Source of the DNA: a virus
Taxonomy: Duplodnaviria; Heunggongvirae; Uroviricota; Caudoviricetes
IMG/VR virus record: IMGVR_UViG_2778261642_000006
Length of the DNA stretch: 42,980 nt
Direction: 5' to 3' (one strand)
Shown here piece after piece: positions 1 to 9,817 of this stretch. The notes beneath the pieces were generated by a model. That model was not told the DNA's origin. It was given only the letters and a program-made list of their open reading frames with translations, and ran no database searches. Positions within the stretch are counted from its first letter, which is position 1. Each line of letters starts with the position of its first letter. The translations under genes and the position numbers were made by a program.

Positions 1-1284
1 CTACTTCTTCGCCTCTGCAACCACTTTGCTACCCACGCCGCGGTTATTGTATTCCCACATGCGGTTGTAGTTAGTGTCATTCAGATTGCGCTGTACTTCG
101 TCGTTATCATCAACGCTGCCGGTGTTACCCGCAAATGGACGATTAGAGATCACCGCATCAGCCCACGGTTTGGCTGTGTTAAAACCTTCGTTGATGGCGC
201 TATCACGGATCACTACCTGACCGTTGGTATTGGCATCAACATCCAGCGAGCGGCCCAGTTGCGCCACGCCATCACCGGAAGCATTGAAACGGCTGTTTAC
301 GGCGAGGAAACCGTAGTAAATGTTGGACAGCGTAGCCGGTGCAAACACATACGCTTCTTGCTGGGTACGGGAGTTCACCACGCGGAATTCGGTGTTATCG
401 AACACCACTGCGCCGCGACCAGAAACGATATCCACATCCCCTTCAATATAGCTGTTGGTCACCAGCGTACGTGGCTGACGATTCGTTTCCAGACGGTTCT
501 GCACACCGCTGTTGGTGACAAAGAAGGTGTTCTGACGACCGAGAATGTTGACGTTATTGATCTGCACTTTGTCGCCATCAGTACGCAGTGCCACCGCCGG
601 ATGGTTACCCGCATCTACGCTATCGCCCAGCGTGTTTTCGATGGTCAGGTTTTGCAGTTGCAGGCCATTGTTTTGTGACCAGAAGACCGCAGAGCAGAGA
701 ACACCGATACTGTCGCTGCGTTTACTCTGGCAGCTATCGTACATATACCACGCCGGTTTACCTGGCATATATTTGCCGCGCGGGTTGACGTCGTGACGCC
801 AGTCGGCAGGGCTCATGCCACCATCAAGGGAAAGCCCAATCTTCACATCAATCGGTTTTTCACCCGTACCGTACAGAGTAATTCCACCCGGAGCGGCAGG
901 GACATACACCGTTCCCTGATACTCACCAGGCATCACGGCAATATACTGGCGCTTGTTGGTACGCTTGATAATTGCCGCATCTACCGCCGCCTGAATCGTG
1001 GTATGCGTTACACCTTGAGTACCCGCCGGGCCGACAACAAAGTCAGGTTGCGCAGGCAGGGTAATCGGGGAAGGATTCCACGCTGCCGCACCTGGTGTCA
1101 GGGATGCAAAATAGTGTTGAGCATCGAAATTCTGCGCTTCTTTTGCCGACAGAATCGGGCGCGAAGAGGTACCAGGCGCGGTTTGATCAGAAGGACGTTG
1201 ATCGGGCGGTGTTGAGCTACAGGCGGTCAGCGTCACGCCAAAAGCCAATGCCAGCGCCAGACGGGAAACTGAAAATGTGTTCAC
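1..1284 (-). CDS. ybhC: Host lipoprotein YbhC-like (pectinesterase / acyl-CoA thioesterase family)
   Basis: 427-aa ORF with lipoprotein signal (LTACSS); recalled match to E. coli YbhC, the gene flanking attB-lambda; lies just outside the attL core. Confidence 0.85.
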   Translation of the reverse strand: MNTFSVSRLALALAFGVTLTACSSTPPDQRPSDQTAPGTSSRPILSAKEAQNFDAQHYFASLTPGAAAWNPSPITLPAQPDFVVGPAGTQGVTHTTIQAAVDAAIIKRTNKRQYIAVMPGEYQGTVYVPAAPGGITLYGTGEKPIDVKIGLSLDGGMSPADWRHDVNPRGKYMPGKPAWYMYDSCQSKRSDSIGVLCSAVFWSQNNGLQLQNLTIENTLGDSVDAGNHPAVALRTDGDKVQINNVNILGRQNTFFVTNSGVQNRLETNRQPRTLVTNSYIEGDVDIVSGRGAVVFDNTEFRVVNSRTQQEAYVFAPATLSNIYYGFLAVNSRFNASGDGVAQLGRSLDVDANTNGQVVIRDSAINEGFNTAKPWADAVISNRPFAGNTGSVDDNDEVQRNLNDTNYNRMWEYNNRGVGSKVVAEAKK

Positions 1285-1330
1285 AGGTTGCTCCGGGCTA
1301 TGAAATAGAAAAATGAATCCGTTGAAGCCT

Positions 1331-1345
1331 GCTTTTTTATACTAA
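1331..1345. repeat. attL core (GCTTTTTTATACTAA)
   Basis: Exact lambda att core followed by P' arm sequence (…attataaaaaagcattgcttatcaatttgttgcaacgaacaggtcactatcag…) leading into int. Confidence 0.85.
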
Positions 1346-1418
1346 GTAGGCCTTATAAAAAAGCATTGCTTATCAATTTGTTGCAACGAACAGGTCACTA
1401 TCAGTCAAAATAAAATCA

Positions 1419-2489
1419 TTATTTGATTTCAATTTTGTCCCACTCCCTGCCTCTGTCATCACGATACTGTGATGCCATGGTGTCCGACTTATGCCCGAGA
1501 AGATGTTGAGCAAACTTATCGCTTATCTGCTTCTCATAGAGTCTTGCAGACAAACTGCGCAACTCGTGAAAGGTAGGCGGATCCCCTTCGAAGGAAAGAC
1601 CTGATGCTTTTCGTGCGCGCATAAAATACCTTGATACTGTGCCGGATGAAAGCGGTTCACGACGAGTAGATGCAATTATGGTTTCTCCGCCAAGAATCTC
1701 TTTGCATTTATCAAGTGTTTCCTTCATTGATATCCCGAGAGCATCAACATGCAATGTTGTAGGGATGGCAATTTTTACGCCTGTTTTGCTTTGTTCGACA
1801 TAAAGATATCCATCTACGATATCAGACCACTTCATTTCGCATAAATCCCCAACACGCTGCCCGGTAACAACAGCCAGTTCCATTGCAAGTCTGAGCCAAC
1901 ATGGTGATGATTCTGCTGCTTGATAAATTTTCAGGTATTCGTCAGCCGTAAGTCTTGATCTCCTTACCTCTGATTTTGCTGCGCGAGTGGCAGCGACCGG
2001 GTTTGTTGTTATATGGCCTTCAGCTATTGCCTCTCGGAATGCATCGCTCAGTGTTGATCTGATTAACTTGGCTGATGCCGCCTTGCCCTCGTCTATGTAT
2101 CCATTGAGCATTGCCGCAATTTCTTTTGTGGTGATGTCTTCAAGTGGAACATCAGGTAGACCCCTCCTTATTGCTTTAATTTTGCTCATGTAATTTATGA
2201 GTGTCTTCTGCTTGATTCCTCTGCTGGCGAGGATTTTTTCGTAGCGATCAAGCCATGAATGTAACGTAACAGAATTATCACTGTTGATTCTTGCTGTCAG
2301 AGGCTTGTGTTTGTGTCCTGAAAATAACTCAATGTTGGCCTGTATAGCTTCAGTGATTGCTATCCTCCTGTCTCGGCCTAATCCAAACTCTTTACCCGTC
2401 CTTGGGTCCCTGTAGCAGTAATATCCATTGTTTCTTATATAAAGGTTAGGGGGTAAATCCCGGCGCTCATGACCTCGCCTTCTTCCCAT
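1419..2489 (-). CDS. int: Tyrosine integrase, lambda Int-like
   Basis: 356 aa; N-terminus MGRRRGHERRDLPPNLYIRNNGYYCYRDPRTGKEFGLG matches recalled lambda Int; adjacent to attL; overlaps xis as in lambda. Confidence 0.95.
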   Translation of the reverse strand: MGRRRGHERRDLPPNLYIRNNGYYCYRDPRTGKEFGLGRDRRIAITEAIQANIELFSGHKHKPLTARINSDNSVTLHSWLDRYEKILASRGIKQKTLINYMSKIKAIRRGLPDVPLEDITTKEIAAMLNGYIDEGKAASAKLIRSTLSDAFREAIAEGHITTNPVAATRAAKSEVRRSRLTADEYLKIYQAAESSPCWLRLAMELAVVTGQRVGDLCEMKWSDIVDGYLYVEQSKTGVKIAIPTTLHVDALGISMKETLDKCKEILGGETIIASTRREPLSSGTVSRYFMRARKASGLSFEGDPPTFHELRSLSARLYEKQISDKFAQHLLGHKSDTMASQYRDDRGREWDKIEIK

Positions 2490-2685
2490 TTCTGATCCTC
2501 TTCAAAAGGCTACCTGTTACTGGTCGATTTAAGTCAACCTTTACCGCTGATTCGTGGAACAGATACTCTCTTCCATCCTTAACCGGAGGAGGGAATATCC
2601 TGCATTCGCGCACCCATCGACGAACTGTTTCAAGGCTTCTTGGGCGTCGCTGGCGTGCGTTCCACTCCTGAAGTGTCAAGTACAT
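2467..2685 (-). CDS. xis: Excisionase, lambda Xis-like
   Basis: 72 aa from internal Met MYLTLQEWNARQRRPRSLETVRRWV…; matches recalled lambda Xis; the longer track ORF (to 2775) is an upstream in-frame extension. Confidence 0.9.
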   Translation of the reverse strand: MYLTLQEWNARQRRPRSLETVRRWVRECRIFPPPVKDGREYLFHESAVKVDLNRPVTGSLLKRIRNGKKARS

Positions 2686-2802
2686 CGCAAAGTCTCCGCA
2701 ATTACACGCAAGAAAAAGCCGCATTGATGCGGCGATGGTAGGTCTGGATATCATTGAGCAATGAACAGGCCTCACCGAGTGTGAGGCGGTGTTATTTCAT
2801 GG

Positions 2803-3147
2803 TTAGTCCTTGCGTAGCTCGCTGATTCTTCTGTAAGTCTCTGGTGCTTTGTTCCCGTACGTCTTCATTTCAGACTTCAACAGAGCAACGAGTGAATCCC
2901 ATTCGTTGAGGATTCCTTTGAATGCCGGAACGCGCTTTGCAACCTTGTCGAATGAATCTCTGATTTCTGGAATATGCTCAACAAGTGCAACGCATCGCCG
3001 GAAGTCTGCTGCGTCATGTGGAGCGCCGAAGTGATGACCATAGATATTCTTTTTCAGTCCACATGCGATTGAGGCAAGAGTTGCGCTACTGATGCCAACA
3101 TCGCCAGTCGATTGCCATTTCAAAACCTTCATAGCCAAATCTGACAT
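2803..3147 (-). CDS. Hypothetical protein (early-left accessory gene)
   Basis: 114-aa ORF with GGAG-type RBS, located just downstream of a minus-strand terminator hairpin. Confidence 0.55.
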   Translation of the reverse strand: MSDLAMKVLKWQSTGDVGISSATLASIACGLKKNIYGHHFGAPHDAADFRRCVALVEHIPEIRDSFDKVAKRVPAFKGILNEWDSLVALLKSEMKTYGNKAPETYRRISELRKD

Positions 3148-3160
3148 TTCTTGTCTCCAA

Positions 3161-3182
3161 TAAAAAAACCGCCATCAGGCGG
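3161..3182 (-). terminator. Intrinsic terminator (CCGCC-tgat-GGCGG + U-tract) in the early-left operon
   Basis: Forward strand reads aaaaaaaccgccatcaggcgg; on the minus strand this is a GC stem followed by TTTTTTTA. Confidence 0.6.
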
Positions 3183-3248
3183 CTTGGTGTTCTTTCAGTT
3201 CTTCAATTCGAATATTGGTTACATTGTTTTCATATATGAATAAATAAA

Positions 3249-3428
3249 TTAGCTTTTTTCGTTGCCTTCGCGTTCTTTATTAATTTTGACAAACTCGTTT
3301 TTACCACGCTCTCCAAATGCGTCTTTAGAGTCGTTGTATCCGCAATCGCAGCACACATAATCATCAGACCATCCACGCATTGTTTTTTCTTTTGCAATAT
3401 TTCCAGAACCGCATTTTGGACAAGACAT
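3249..3428 (-). CDS. Small zinc-ribbon protein (CPKC…CCDC)
   Basis: 59 aa from MSCPKCGSGN…; two Cys pairs; GGAGG RBS 7 nt upstream of the ATG. Confidence 0.5.
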   Translation of the reverse strand: MSCPKCGSGNIAKEKTMRGWSDDYVCCDCGYNDSKDAFGERGKNEFVKINKEREGNEKS

Positions 3429-3524
3429 ATCACTACCTCCAAAGCATGAGTGAGATGACAACGTAACATTGATTGGAGATTAACAATAGATTGCTGATGT
3501 AAAAGATATGTATAAGCTTCGCTA

Positions 3525-4151
3525 TCAAAGTGGAGGCTCTGGTAGCGGCATCCAGTACAAGGCGTTCCCTAACCACGATAAAGTGCCGTCGCTCAACTCC
3601 ACGTATTCCCCTTGTACCTGTCCTGCCATATACTCGCCGTGCTTTGAATAAATTAAAATCCAATCATCTTGAGCGGGCATTCGCTCACTACAGCTTATCC
3701 AACCATCCGGAGTTACCGGAGAGTTGCCGGGTTCTTTAATGTGCAATCGAGGCTCACCATCTTTTGGTTCAGGCCACTGGCGCTCCATGTTGATCTTCAA
3801 TTTATTTTCCATTGCAGCGGTAATTTCAGCATCACTGATACCAGCACGGCGCTGTGCATCCCACAACAGAAACTGCATATCAGCCCACTCGCTAAGATCG
3901 TCTGGTTCGGCTGCGGCTTCCAGTGCCTCTTTTGAGAGGTGTTTCAGTGGACCAATGGGGCCAACGCAGCCAAATGTGGAGTCAGACCATTTGGCATGCT
4001 CGTGGCGAATCTGTTCGCGTTCCAGTGATGCCAGTGCAATTCGTGCCAGTTCTTCCGCTTCTTCTGCTGGCAGTACAACGTTGCTACCAGGTCCGTATGT
4101 TTCGCGCCACTGCTTGATTGTCAGCAGTCGATCTTTGGTAATAGTGGTCAT
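3525..4151 (-). CDS. Putative MazG-like dNTP pyrophosphohydrolase with C-terminal DUF551-like domain
   Basis: 208 aa; N-terminal region resembles phage dATP/dGTP pyrophosphohydrolase, C-terminus (…DGWISCSERMPAQDDWILIYSKHGEY…YWMPLPEPP) resembles DUF551; recalled family assignment. Confidence 0.6.
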   Translation of the reverse strand: MTTITKDRLLTIKQWRETYGPGSNVVLPAEEAEELARIALASLEREQIRHEHAKWSDSTFGCVGPIGPLKHLSKEALEAAAEPDDLSEWADMQFLLWDAQRRAGISDAEITAAMENKLKINMERQWPEPKDGEPRLHIKEPGNSPVTPDGWISCSERMPAQDDWILIYSKHGEYMAGQVQGEYVELSDGTLSWLGNALYWMPLPEPPL

Positions 4152-4153
4152 AG

Positions 4154-4345
4154 CTATTTCACCTTAATCTCAACATTTCGCAGCTTTAGCTCCACTGGCA
4201 GGTCTGACTTTCCGGTTAAAGCTAATGCGAGATTTTCTGGAGTAATGAGAGCTGTTATTGTTTTCCCCATCGCCAGACGAATAATCATTCGTATCTCGCA
4301 ATCGTCACATGCTCCCGGTCGAACAATTGATATTTGTCCGTTCAT
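4154..4345 (-). CDS. Hypothetical small protein
   Basis: 63-aa ORF tightly packed between neighbouring genes (stop 3 nt from the next start). Confidence 0.45.
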   Translation of the reverse strand: MNGQISIVRPGACDDCEIRMIIRLAMGKTITALITPENLALALTGKSDLPVELKLRNVEIKVK

Positions 4346-4346
4346 C

Positions 4347-4799
4347 TCACTTCCCCTTCACACCAATGTTGGCGGCGGCGCGCTCGGCTTCACTTTGTTC
4401 CCAAAACCACTTGTGAAGCGCCATAAGCTTTTCGTCAATCGGTGCATATTTGCGATTAAAGTAGGCCTGAGCATCTTTCTCAGATTCGTCCGGTAATTCG
4501 CCAGGGCCAAACAGTGTGTTATAAATCCATGCCAGTCCGCTTTTAGCGTCGCCAGTCGATTGCCATTCGATAATGGCAGCCTGCATGACCAGAATGTTTT
4601 TCCCGATTAATAGGTCCAGTTCTTTGTACCTGTTGCGGATGTATGCATTCTCGCTTTGTAATTCAGCGTTTCGCTTCTCTGCTGCTTCTATCTCATCCAG
4701 CAGCGCGTTAGCTTCATACTCTCTCAACACCACTGTGTCGAAGCTTTCGGCCTGCTTTTTGATTTTTGCAATCAGCGCCTGTTTGTTGATGTTGCTCAT
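4347..4799 (-). CDS. Ea22-like coiled-coil protein
   Basis: 150 aa from MSNINKQ…; GGAG RBS; start overlaps upstream stop as ATGA; coiled-coil composition typical of lambdoid Ea22-like proteins. Confidence 0.55.
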   Translation of the reverse strand: MSNINKQALIAKIKKQAESFDTVVLREYEANALLDEIEAAEKRNAELQSENAYIRNRYKELDLLIGKNILVMQAAIIEWQSTGDAKSGLAWIYNTLFGPGELPDESEKDAQAYFNRKYAPIDEKLMALHKWFWEQSEAERAAANIGVKGK

Positions 4800-5113
4800 T
4801 TGGCGGACTCCTGTGCTCCAAGTTTTGCCCATACTTCAAGGCTGTTATGCGAAATCAGCGCTTCGCGAACGCATGGCCTGTAGTAGTGATGGAAAGCGAA
4901 GGTCATGCCGATCTTTGTCGGGCGATTGTGTTTGCCAAGCAATCCCAGGCGAATACAGATAGTCGTTGCCGTGTAGCCAGAGTGATAGCCAGCAGCACGC
5001 TTCATGACTGTTTCTGCCAGAATGGTGCGGAAATCAGTGCGCCCGAAATTGGTACCTTCGAAAGCGGCGTTAACCACTTCGTCTGTAAGATGTGAATCAT
5101 CAACTATGCTCAT
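4796..5113 (-). CDS. Hypothetical protein
   Basis: 105 aa from [14 protein letters not shown]…; RBS GGGGGAAG; ATGA overlaps on both sides. Confidence 0.5.
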   Translation of the reverse strand: MSIVDDSHLTDEVVNAAFEGTNFGRTDFRTILAETVMKRAAGYHSGYTATTICIRLGLLGKHNRPTKIGMTFAFHHYYRPCVREALISHNSLEVWAKLGAQESAK

Positions 5114-5637
5114 ACCGCTTCCCCCTGACGAAGCTGGGCGGCGAACTCGTCGCATACGTGCGTTAAAGAGCAAATCTGGATAGCAGGATGCTCGCGCAAC
5201 AATTCAACACCCTGCGCCCGTACTTCAGCCAGGAAAGCATCGGTGGCCGGAGTTTCAGGAATCCGTCTCCTCATCAGTTCTATTGCATGATTGAACCCGA
5301 AATCTTCAGCAAGAGATACGTCATCCATATTGTCATTGTCGTCCTCAATATCCCGTGGTTCTGGAATTGCAGACTTTATTACCGCATTCTCCGCCGCTAG
5401 CGCCGAAAACTTCTCGTGTGCCAACTTAACAGCCGCATCAGCCTGCTTAATTGACTCAATCGCTTTCTGGTGGTCTTCGGACAGAGCCGAAATCTTGGCC
5501 TCCGCTTCAGCAAATTTACGCACCAGATATTCAGCGTTTGTTTCGTTAACCTTTAAATCTCGCGGGATGCATTTACCTTTCAGAAATCCATCCATCTCAA
5601 TTAGTGACATTTGTTTCATTTCTTCCCACTCCGCCAC
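5110..5637 (-). CDS. Ea22-like coiled-coil protein (start uncertain)
   Basis: 175-aa ORF; acidic coiled-coil sequence; several candidate start Mets near 5637. Confidence 0.5.
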   Translation of the reverse strand: MAEWEEMKQMSLIEMDGFLKGKCIPRDLKVNETNAEYLVRKFAEAEAKISALSEDHQKAIESIKQADAAVKLAHEKFSALAAENAVIKSAIPEPRDIEDDNDNMDDVSLAEDFGFNHAIELMRRRIPETPATDAFLAEVRAQGVELLREHPAIQICSLTHVCDEFAAQLRQGEAV

Positions 5638-5798
5638 ATCGCATTCAGATATTTGTTGTCATTAACAGAGCCGAAACTATTTCTCTTAAGCAATTCCTCT
5701 CTCGATGGCATTGGCTTTACGCGTTGGCGAATAATCATTTCTGCCGGAAGAATGCCGGGATTGTATGCAAGTCCTCTCATGGTAAATTCCTCAGTCAT
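5616..5798 (-). CDS. Hypothetical small protein
   Basis: 60 aa from [15 protein letters not shown]…; start overlaps the stop of the upstream gene. Confidence 0.35.
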   Translation of the reverse strand: MTEEFTMRGLAYNPGILPAEMIIRQRVKPMPSREELLKRNSFGSVNDNKYLNAMWRSGKK

Positions 5799-6084
5799 TA
5801 CTGATAGCGCCATAGCGTGAGCGGTAATTACGCAGGCGCGGGTCAATTTCAGGGAAGTGGGTATATGTGGCTTTGCGGAATGGTCGGATTGATGTCTGGT
5901 AAATTCGCTCGCGTTCTTCTTTCTCTGCAAGCCATATACAATGGCGAAATTCCTTTTCCTCTTTCGTTTCCTGCGGTAGCGACATTATCCGGTCGTAGTT
6001 TTTCCTGAATTTATCCAGCACCTCCGATACGGAATTGCCGGAACAGCGGCGCGCGTCATCCGCACCATACAGAGGCGCTGGCAT
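5791..6084 (-). CDS. Hypothetical protein
   Basis: 97-aa ORF with AGGAG RBS 7 nt upstream. Confidence 0.5.
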   Translation of the reverse strand: MPAPLYGADDARRCSGNSVSEVLDKFRKNYDRIMSLPQETKEEKEFRHCIWLAEKEERERIYQTSIRPFRKATYTHFPEIDPRLRNYRSRYGAISND

Positions 6085-6097
6085 GATTTTCTCCTGA

Positions 6098-6604
6098 TTA
6101 AATAGCGTGAATAGCGTGACGAGGGAAGGGGAGAGTTACTGGTGCAAAGGGTATATCGTCGTCAAAATCCATCGGAGGTTCGTTGTGTTGTGCTGGTGAT
6201 GATTGCTGCTGTGGCTTCTGTGATTGCCTGCTGGCTGCTTGTTGTTTGCTGTCGCCAATGCCGCCAAGCATTTGCATCACGCCATTAATTCCGACATGAA
6301 CCTCGGTTGTGTAACGGTCTTGCCCTGACTGGTCTTTCCACTTTCTGGTTCTCAGCATTCCCTCGAAATAAATCTGATCACCTTTTTTCACATACTGCCC
6401 CACGACCTCAGCCAGTTTCCCGGATACAGCAACACGATGCCATTCAGTCAATTCCTTTTGCTCGCCAGTATTTTTATCTCGCCATTGTTCTGATGTGGCT
6501 ATTGTCAGGTTAGCGAACGCTGTTCCTGATGGTGAGTATCGAACTTCCGGGTCTTGTCCTACCCGACCAAGGATTATCACCTTATTTATCCCGCGAGAAC
6601 TCAT
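6098..6604 (-). CDS. ssb: Single-stranded DNA-binding protein
   Basis: [44 protein letters not shown]… OB-fold; Gln/Pro-rich tail ending DDDIPF; RBS GAGGTGGAG. Confidence 0.9.
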   Translation of the reverse strand: MSSRGINKVIILGRVGQDPEVRYSPSGTAFANLTIATSEQWRDKNTGEQKELTEWHRVAVSGKLAEVVGQYVKKGDQIYFEGMLRTRKWKDQSGQDRYTTEVHVGINGVMQMLGGIGDSKQQAASRQSQKPQQQSSPAQHNEPPMDFDDDIPFAPVTLPFPRHAIHAI

Positions 6605-7068
6605 TTGCTCCACCTCTTGCCAGTTTTTATGTTGCTTATAATTGATTGAGATACACCCATGTCTTTTGCTATCTTGTACTGACTCTCTTTTTCAGAGAGT
6701 CTTTTCCTAATTTCTATAACCTGCCACTCTGTTAATTTTGCACCATGATGAGCATGACCTTTCTTGGCTCCACGATGCCTTCCTTTTGCTATCTTGTCGT
6801 CCATGTTTTCTTGCGCGCTACCTAAAAAGAGATGTTCAGGATTAACGCAGCATGGGTTATCGCATTTGTGGCAAACCATCTTCCCAGATGGAATGGGGGA
6901 GTGATAAAGCTCAAAAGCAACCCGATGAGAAAGCATTGTTACGCCAAAGGCTACAAATTTTGTGTATCCTCCTTTGTTTTTTGAATAGGTAGACTCCCAG
7001 CAACCTGTTGTTTCATTAACTTTGTAGCTGGACTCGAATCTTTTAATAATTCCGTCCAAGTGAGACAT
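6601..7068 (-). CDS. HNH endonuclease
   Basis: 155 aa; Cys/His-rich HNH-like core (…[26 protein letters not shown]…); sits between recombinase and ssb. Confidence 0.75.
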   Translation of the reverse strand: MSHLDGIIKRFESSYKVNETTGCWESTYSKNKGGYTKFVAFGVTMLSHRVAFELYHSPIPSGKMVCHKCDNPCCVNPEHLFLGSAQENMDDKIAKGRHRGAKKGHAHHGAKLTEWQVIEIRKRLSEKESQYKIAKDMGVSQSIISNIKTGKRWSK

Positions 7069-7776
7069 TTATGCCGCCTGTTTTAGTTCGTTAACTCTGA
7101 TGTTCATTACCTGAACGCATTTAGCCTGCGCCTCCTCGTTGCCAGCCATTAATTGCCAGTCACGCTGATAACGCTCGATGAGTTTTTTCTTGTCAGTTTC
7201 TGTTGACGCATAATCGCTGAAGTCTTTCAGGATTTGCTCGCAGTCAACCGATGGAGATTTCTGGTTGGTATTTTCTGGTGATGGTTTGTTATCTGATGCT
7301 GGCATTGCCCATCCCGGCAGCGATGGAGGGGACCAGTAAAATCCTGTTCCATCTTTCAGTTTTGCCCTGTGCCATCCCTGCTTTTTATCGAGAGATGTTT
7401 GTGCGAAACCTTCCTCAAGGTTATACAGATACCGACCGATTCCCCACTGAACGGCAGCACGCTTCATTGCACCGGAACGACCACCTTTGACGGCTTCTAC
7501 CTGCGTGTTTTCAGCAGCATCCCATTTGGTTACCCATTCGGAATCAATCTTGATTGATATGCCGCATTCAACTCCGCCGTTGTTGGGAATATCGCGGTAT
7601 TCATTGCGCCATCCTGCTTTGCCGCAAACATCGTCCAGGCGTTTCATGATTGCCCTGTTCGTGACATAAGCCAGCACCATAGCCCACACTTTTCCATCGC
7701 GTGTTTTACCGCTTTGCTGTATTCGCCATTCGATATCTTCAGGGCTGAATGGCTCGTCGAATTTATTCAAATTCAT
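7069..7776 (-). CDS. Rad52/Rad22-family single-strand annealing recombinase (Sak-like)
   Basis: 235 aa; …KRAAVQWGIGRYLY… motif typical of phage Rad52-like annealing proteins; occupies the bet position. Confidence 0.75.
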   Translation of the reverse strand: MNLNKFDEPFSPEDIEWRIQQSGKTRDGKVWAMVLAYVTNRAIMKRLDDVCGKAGWRNEYRDIPNNGGVECGISIKIDSEWVTKWDAAENTQVEAVKGGRSGAMKRAAVQWGIGRYLYNLEEGFAQTSLDKKQGWHRAKLKDGTGFYWSPPSLPGWAMPASDNKPSPENTNQKSPSVDCEQILKDFSDYASTETDKKKLIERYQRDWQLMAGNEEAQAKCVQVMNIRVNELKQAA

Positions 7777-7875
7777 AATTCACCTCAGAATGGACATGGC
7801 CCAAGGAAATAACGCTGATTTAATACTTCGACTCGGGACAAATTAAGGCATACCAGCATTCCTTCGCGGTCGCCA

Positions 7876-8034
7876 TTATGGCGATACAAGAGAGCTTTCT
7901 GCGTGTACATGCGTCTCTGTAACTTGCTCTCCTTCACTGTGGTTGCAAGTGACATGAATATCTCCTTCGTTACCGATTAATTCTTTCATCTGACGAATGA
8001 ATTCTTCGTCTGACCAGTTATCTGTAAAACTCAT
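7876..8034 (-). CDS. Hypothetical small protein at the kil position
   Basis: 52 aa from MSFTDNWSDEEF…; start overlaps the cIII-like stop (ATGA); position only. Confidence 0.4.
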   Translation of the reverse strand: MSFTDNWSDEEFIRQMKELIGNEGDIHVTCNHSEGEQVTETHVHAESSLVSP

Positions 8035-8201
8035 GGACGGCCTTGTTGTTTCAAAATATCCCAAAGCTTTTCGAGCAAACTTTTCATTCTTGGTTGTTTA
8101 AAGTCTGCTCCGGTTAAAATATTTTTTCGTGAATGCTGTACCGATAAAATCGGGTTGAAAGGGCGAACCGATGCCGCCCCTGCAATAGCGAACTGTTGCA
8201 T
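8031..8201 (-). CDS. cIII: cIII-like protein (putative FtsH inhibitor)
   Basis: Hand-translated 56-aa ORF MQQFAIAGAASVRPFNPILSVQHSRKNILTGADFKQPRMKSLLEKLWDILKQQGRP with GGAG RBS; resembles recalled lambda CIII (MQYAIAG…LIDILNQPG); under 60 aa so absent from the ORF track. Confidence 0.65.
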   Translation of the reverse strand: MQQFAIAGAASVRPFNPILSVQHSRKNILTGADFKQPRMKSLLEKLWDILKQQGRP

Positions 8202-8415
8202 AGGATGCTCCTTCTGTTTGATTGCATAACGAAAAACGCCTCGAGTGAAGCGTTATTGGTATGCATATAAAAAGGCCCTCACACTGGAGGGCAAAGAAGA
8301 TTTCCAATAATCAGAACAAGTCGGCTCCTGTTTAGTTACGAGCGACATTGCTCCGTGTATTCACTCGTTGGAATGAATACACAGTGCAGTGTTTATTAGT
8401 ATGCCTGTCTTTTAA

Positions 8416-8997
<582 letters not shown>

Positions 8998-9085
8998 GTG
9001 ATATAGATTTACCTTTAATTTTCTGGCGTCCTCTGCATGTTATGCCGCGTTCGCCAGGCTTGCGGTAGTAAATTCGGTTATTTAT

Positions 9086-9111
9086 GTAATAAAAACCCGC
9101 CTTAGCGGGTT
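9086..9111 (-). terminator. Intrinsic terminator after the first pL gene (tL1-like), possibly bidirectional
   Basis: AACCCGC-ctta-GCGGGTT hairpin; minus strand continues TTTTTATTAC; plus strand continues with a weaker T-rich tract. Confidence 0.65.
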
Positions 9112-9112
9112 A

Positions 9113-9556
9113 TTATTTCTTTGGATTTAGCTTTTCCATGTTCTCTGCGATCGTACCTATTCTTGACCTTATTGTTGGAACATCAATTCCTCTCTGTATG
9201 TCTACATTTAAAGACATAAGCTCTCTGCTCCATCCTGCGATCGCATCGTGAAATTGTCTTGCCCTGCTTGCTTGTCTACGTCTGCTGCTTTCAAGCTCTG
9301 TAAGCATTTGCTTTGCTTCGATCTGAGACTTGCCTTGCCCAACTCCCAATGCATCGATTGCACATTGCTTCATCTCTGCTTTTATCAAAGGGTGAAGATT
9401 TTCAGCGCCAATAAAAATTACCTCGTCTATGCTTTTAAAAAGCAGAAGGCAATCAGTAACAACTTTGGTTCTTTTATCATCACACCTTACCTCTACCGAA
9501 GGTACGCCGCCATATTGCTTAACTCTCATTGCCGTGTAAACTGTAGCACTCTTCAA
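9113..9556 (-). CDS. Hypothetical protein at the N/Nun position (not N-like)
   Basis: 147-aa ORF starting at TTG with AGGAGG RBS 5 nt upstream (or ATG 9 codons in); first gene after the pL leader; no arginine-rich N-terminal motif. Confidence 0.55.
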   Translation of the reverse strand: MKSATVYTAMRVKQYGGVPSVEVRCDDKRTKVVTDCLLLFKSIDEVIFIGAENLHPLIKAEMKQCAIDALGVGQGKSQIEAKQMLTELESSRRRQASRARQFHDAIAGWSRELMSLNVDIQRGIDVPTIRSRIGTIAENMEKLNPKK

Positions 9557-9644
9557 ATCAGCCTCCTTTTTCTTTTTCTATATCAAAAAGCTGCTTTGCT
9601 TTTTGTGACTAAAAGCAAAAAAGCCTTCTCGCTAATGAGCAGCA

Positions 9645-9706
9645 TTGCCGTTCATCCTGAACCCGCCGCGCTCCCGACGCATGGTTTAAAGACGCGCCGT
9701 TCGTCT
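9645..9706 (-). promoter_or_regulatory. Conserved leader element L (candidate nutL/put-like antitermination site)
   Basis: Minus-strand GAACGGCGCG…GCGTCGGGAGCGCGGCGGGTTCAGGATGAACGGCAATG aligns with the element after cro; followed by a stem-loop before the first pL gene. Confidence 0.45.
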
Positions 9707-9720
9707 ATGGGTTTATGATG

Positions 9721-9808
9721 TACTTAAAGTTCATTAATGTAAAGTACCAATAGTACATTTTATGGATATAAAAAGCTCACTACATCATAAGTTAGTGAAC
9801 TTTAAGGA
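9721..9808. promoter_or_regulatory. Putative OL operators / pL promoter region
   Basis: Partial copies of the OR half-site (…TTAAAGTTCA…, …ATAAGTTAGTGAACTTTAAG…) between cI and the pL leader. Confidence 0.35.
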
Positions 9809-9817
9809 AATTTATTT

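Noticed and set aside
259-1316. Several plus-strand ORFs (259..678, 545..796, 588..788, 793..1215, 1095..1316) inside ybhC
   Set aside because: All are antisense to a well-supported 427-aa host gene, lack RBSs and have low-complexity Arg/Cys-rich translations typical of spurious antisense ORFs.
8098-8307. 69-aa minus-strand track ORF
   Set aside because: A different frame of the same region encodes a cIII-like protein with a proper RBS; this frame has no RBS and a Cys-rich junk-like translation.
9113-9556. Calling the first pL gene an N antiterminator
   Set aside because: No arginine-rich N-terminal motif and no resemblance to recalled lambda N, P22 gp24 or HK022 Nun; kept as hypothetical.
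9248-9718. 156-aa plus-strand ORF
   Set aside because: Runs antisense across the first pL gene and the pL leader hairpin; no RBS; Leu/Cys/Phe-rich translation typical of antisense frames.
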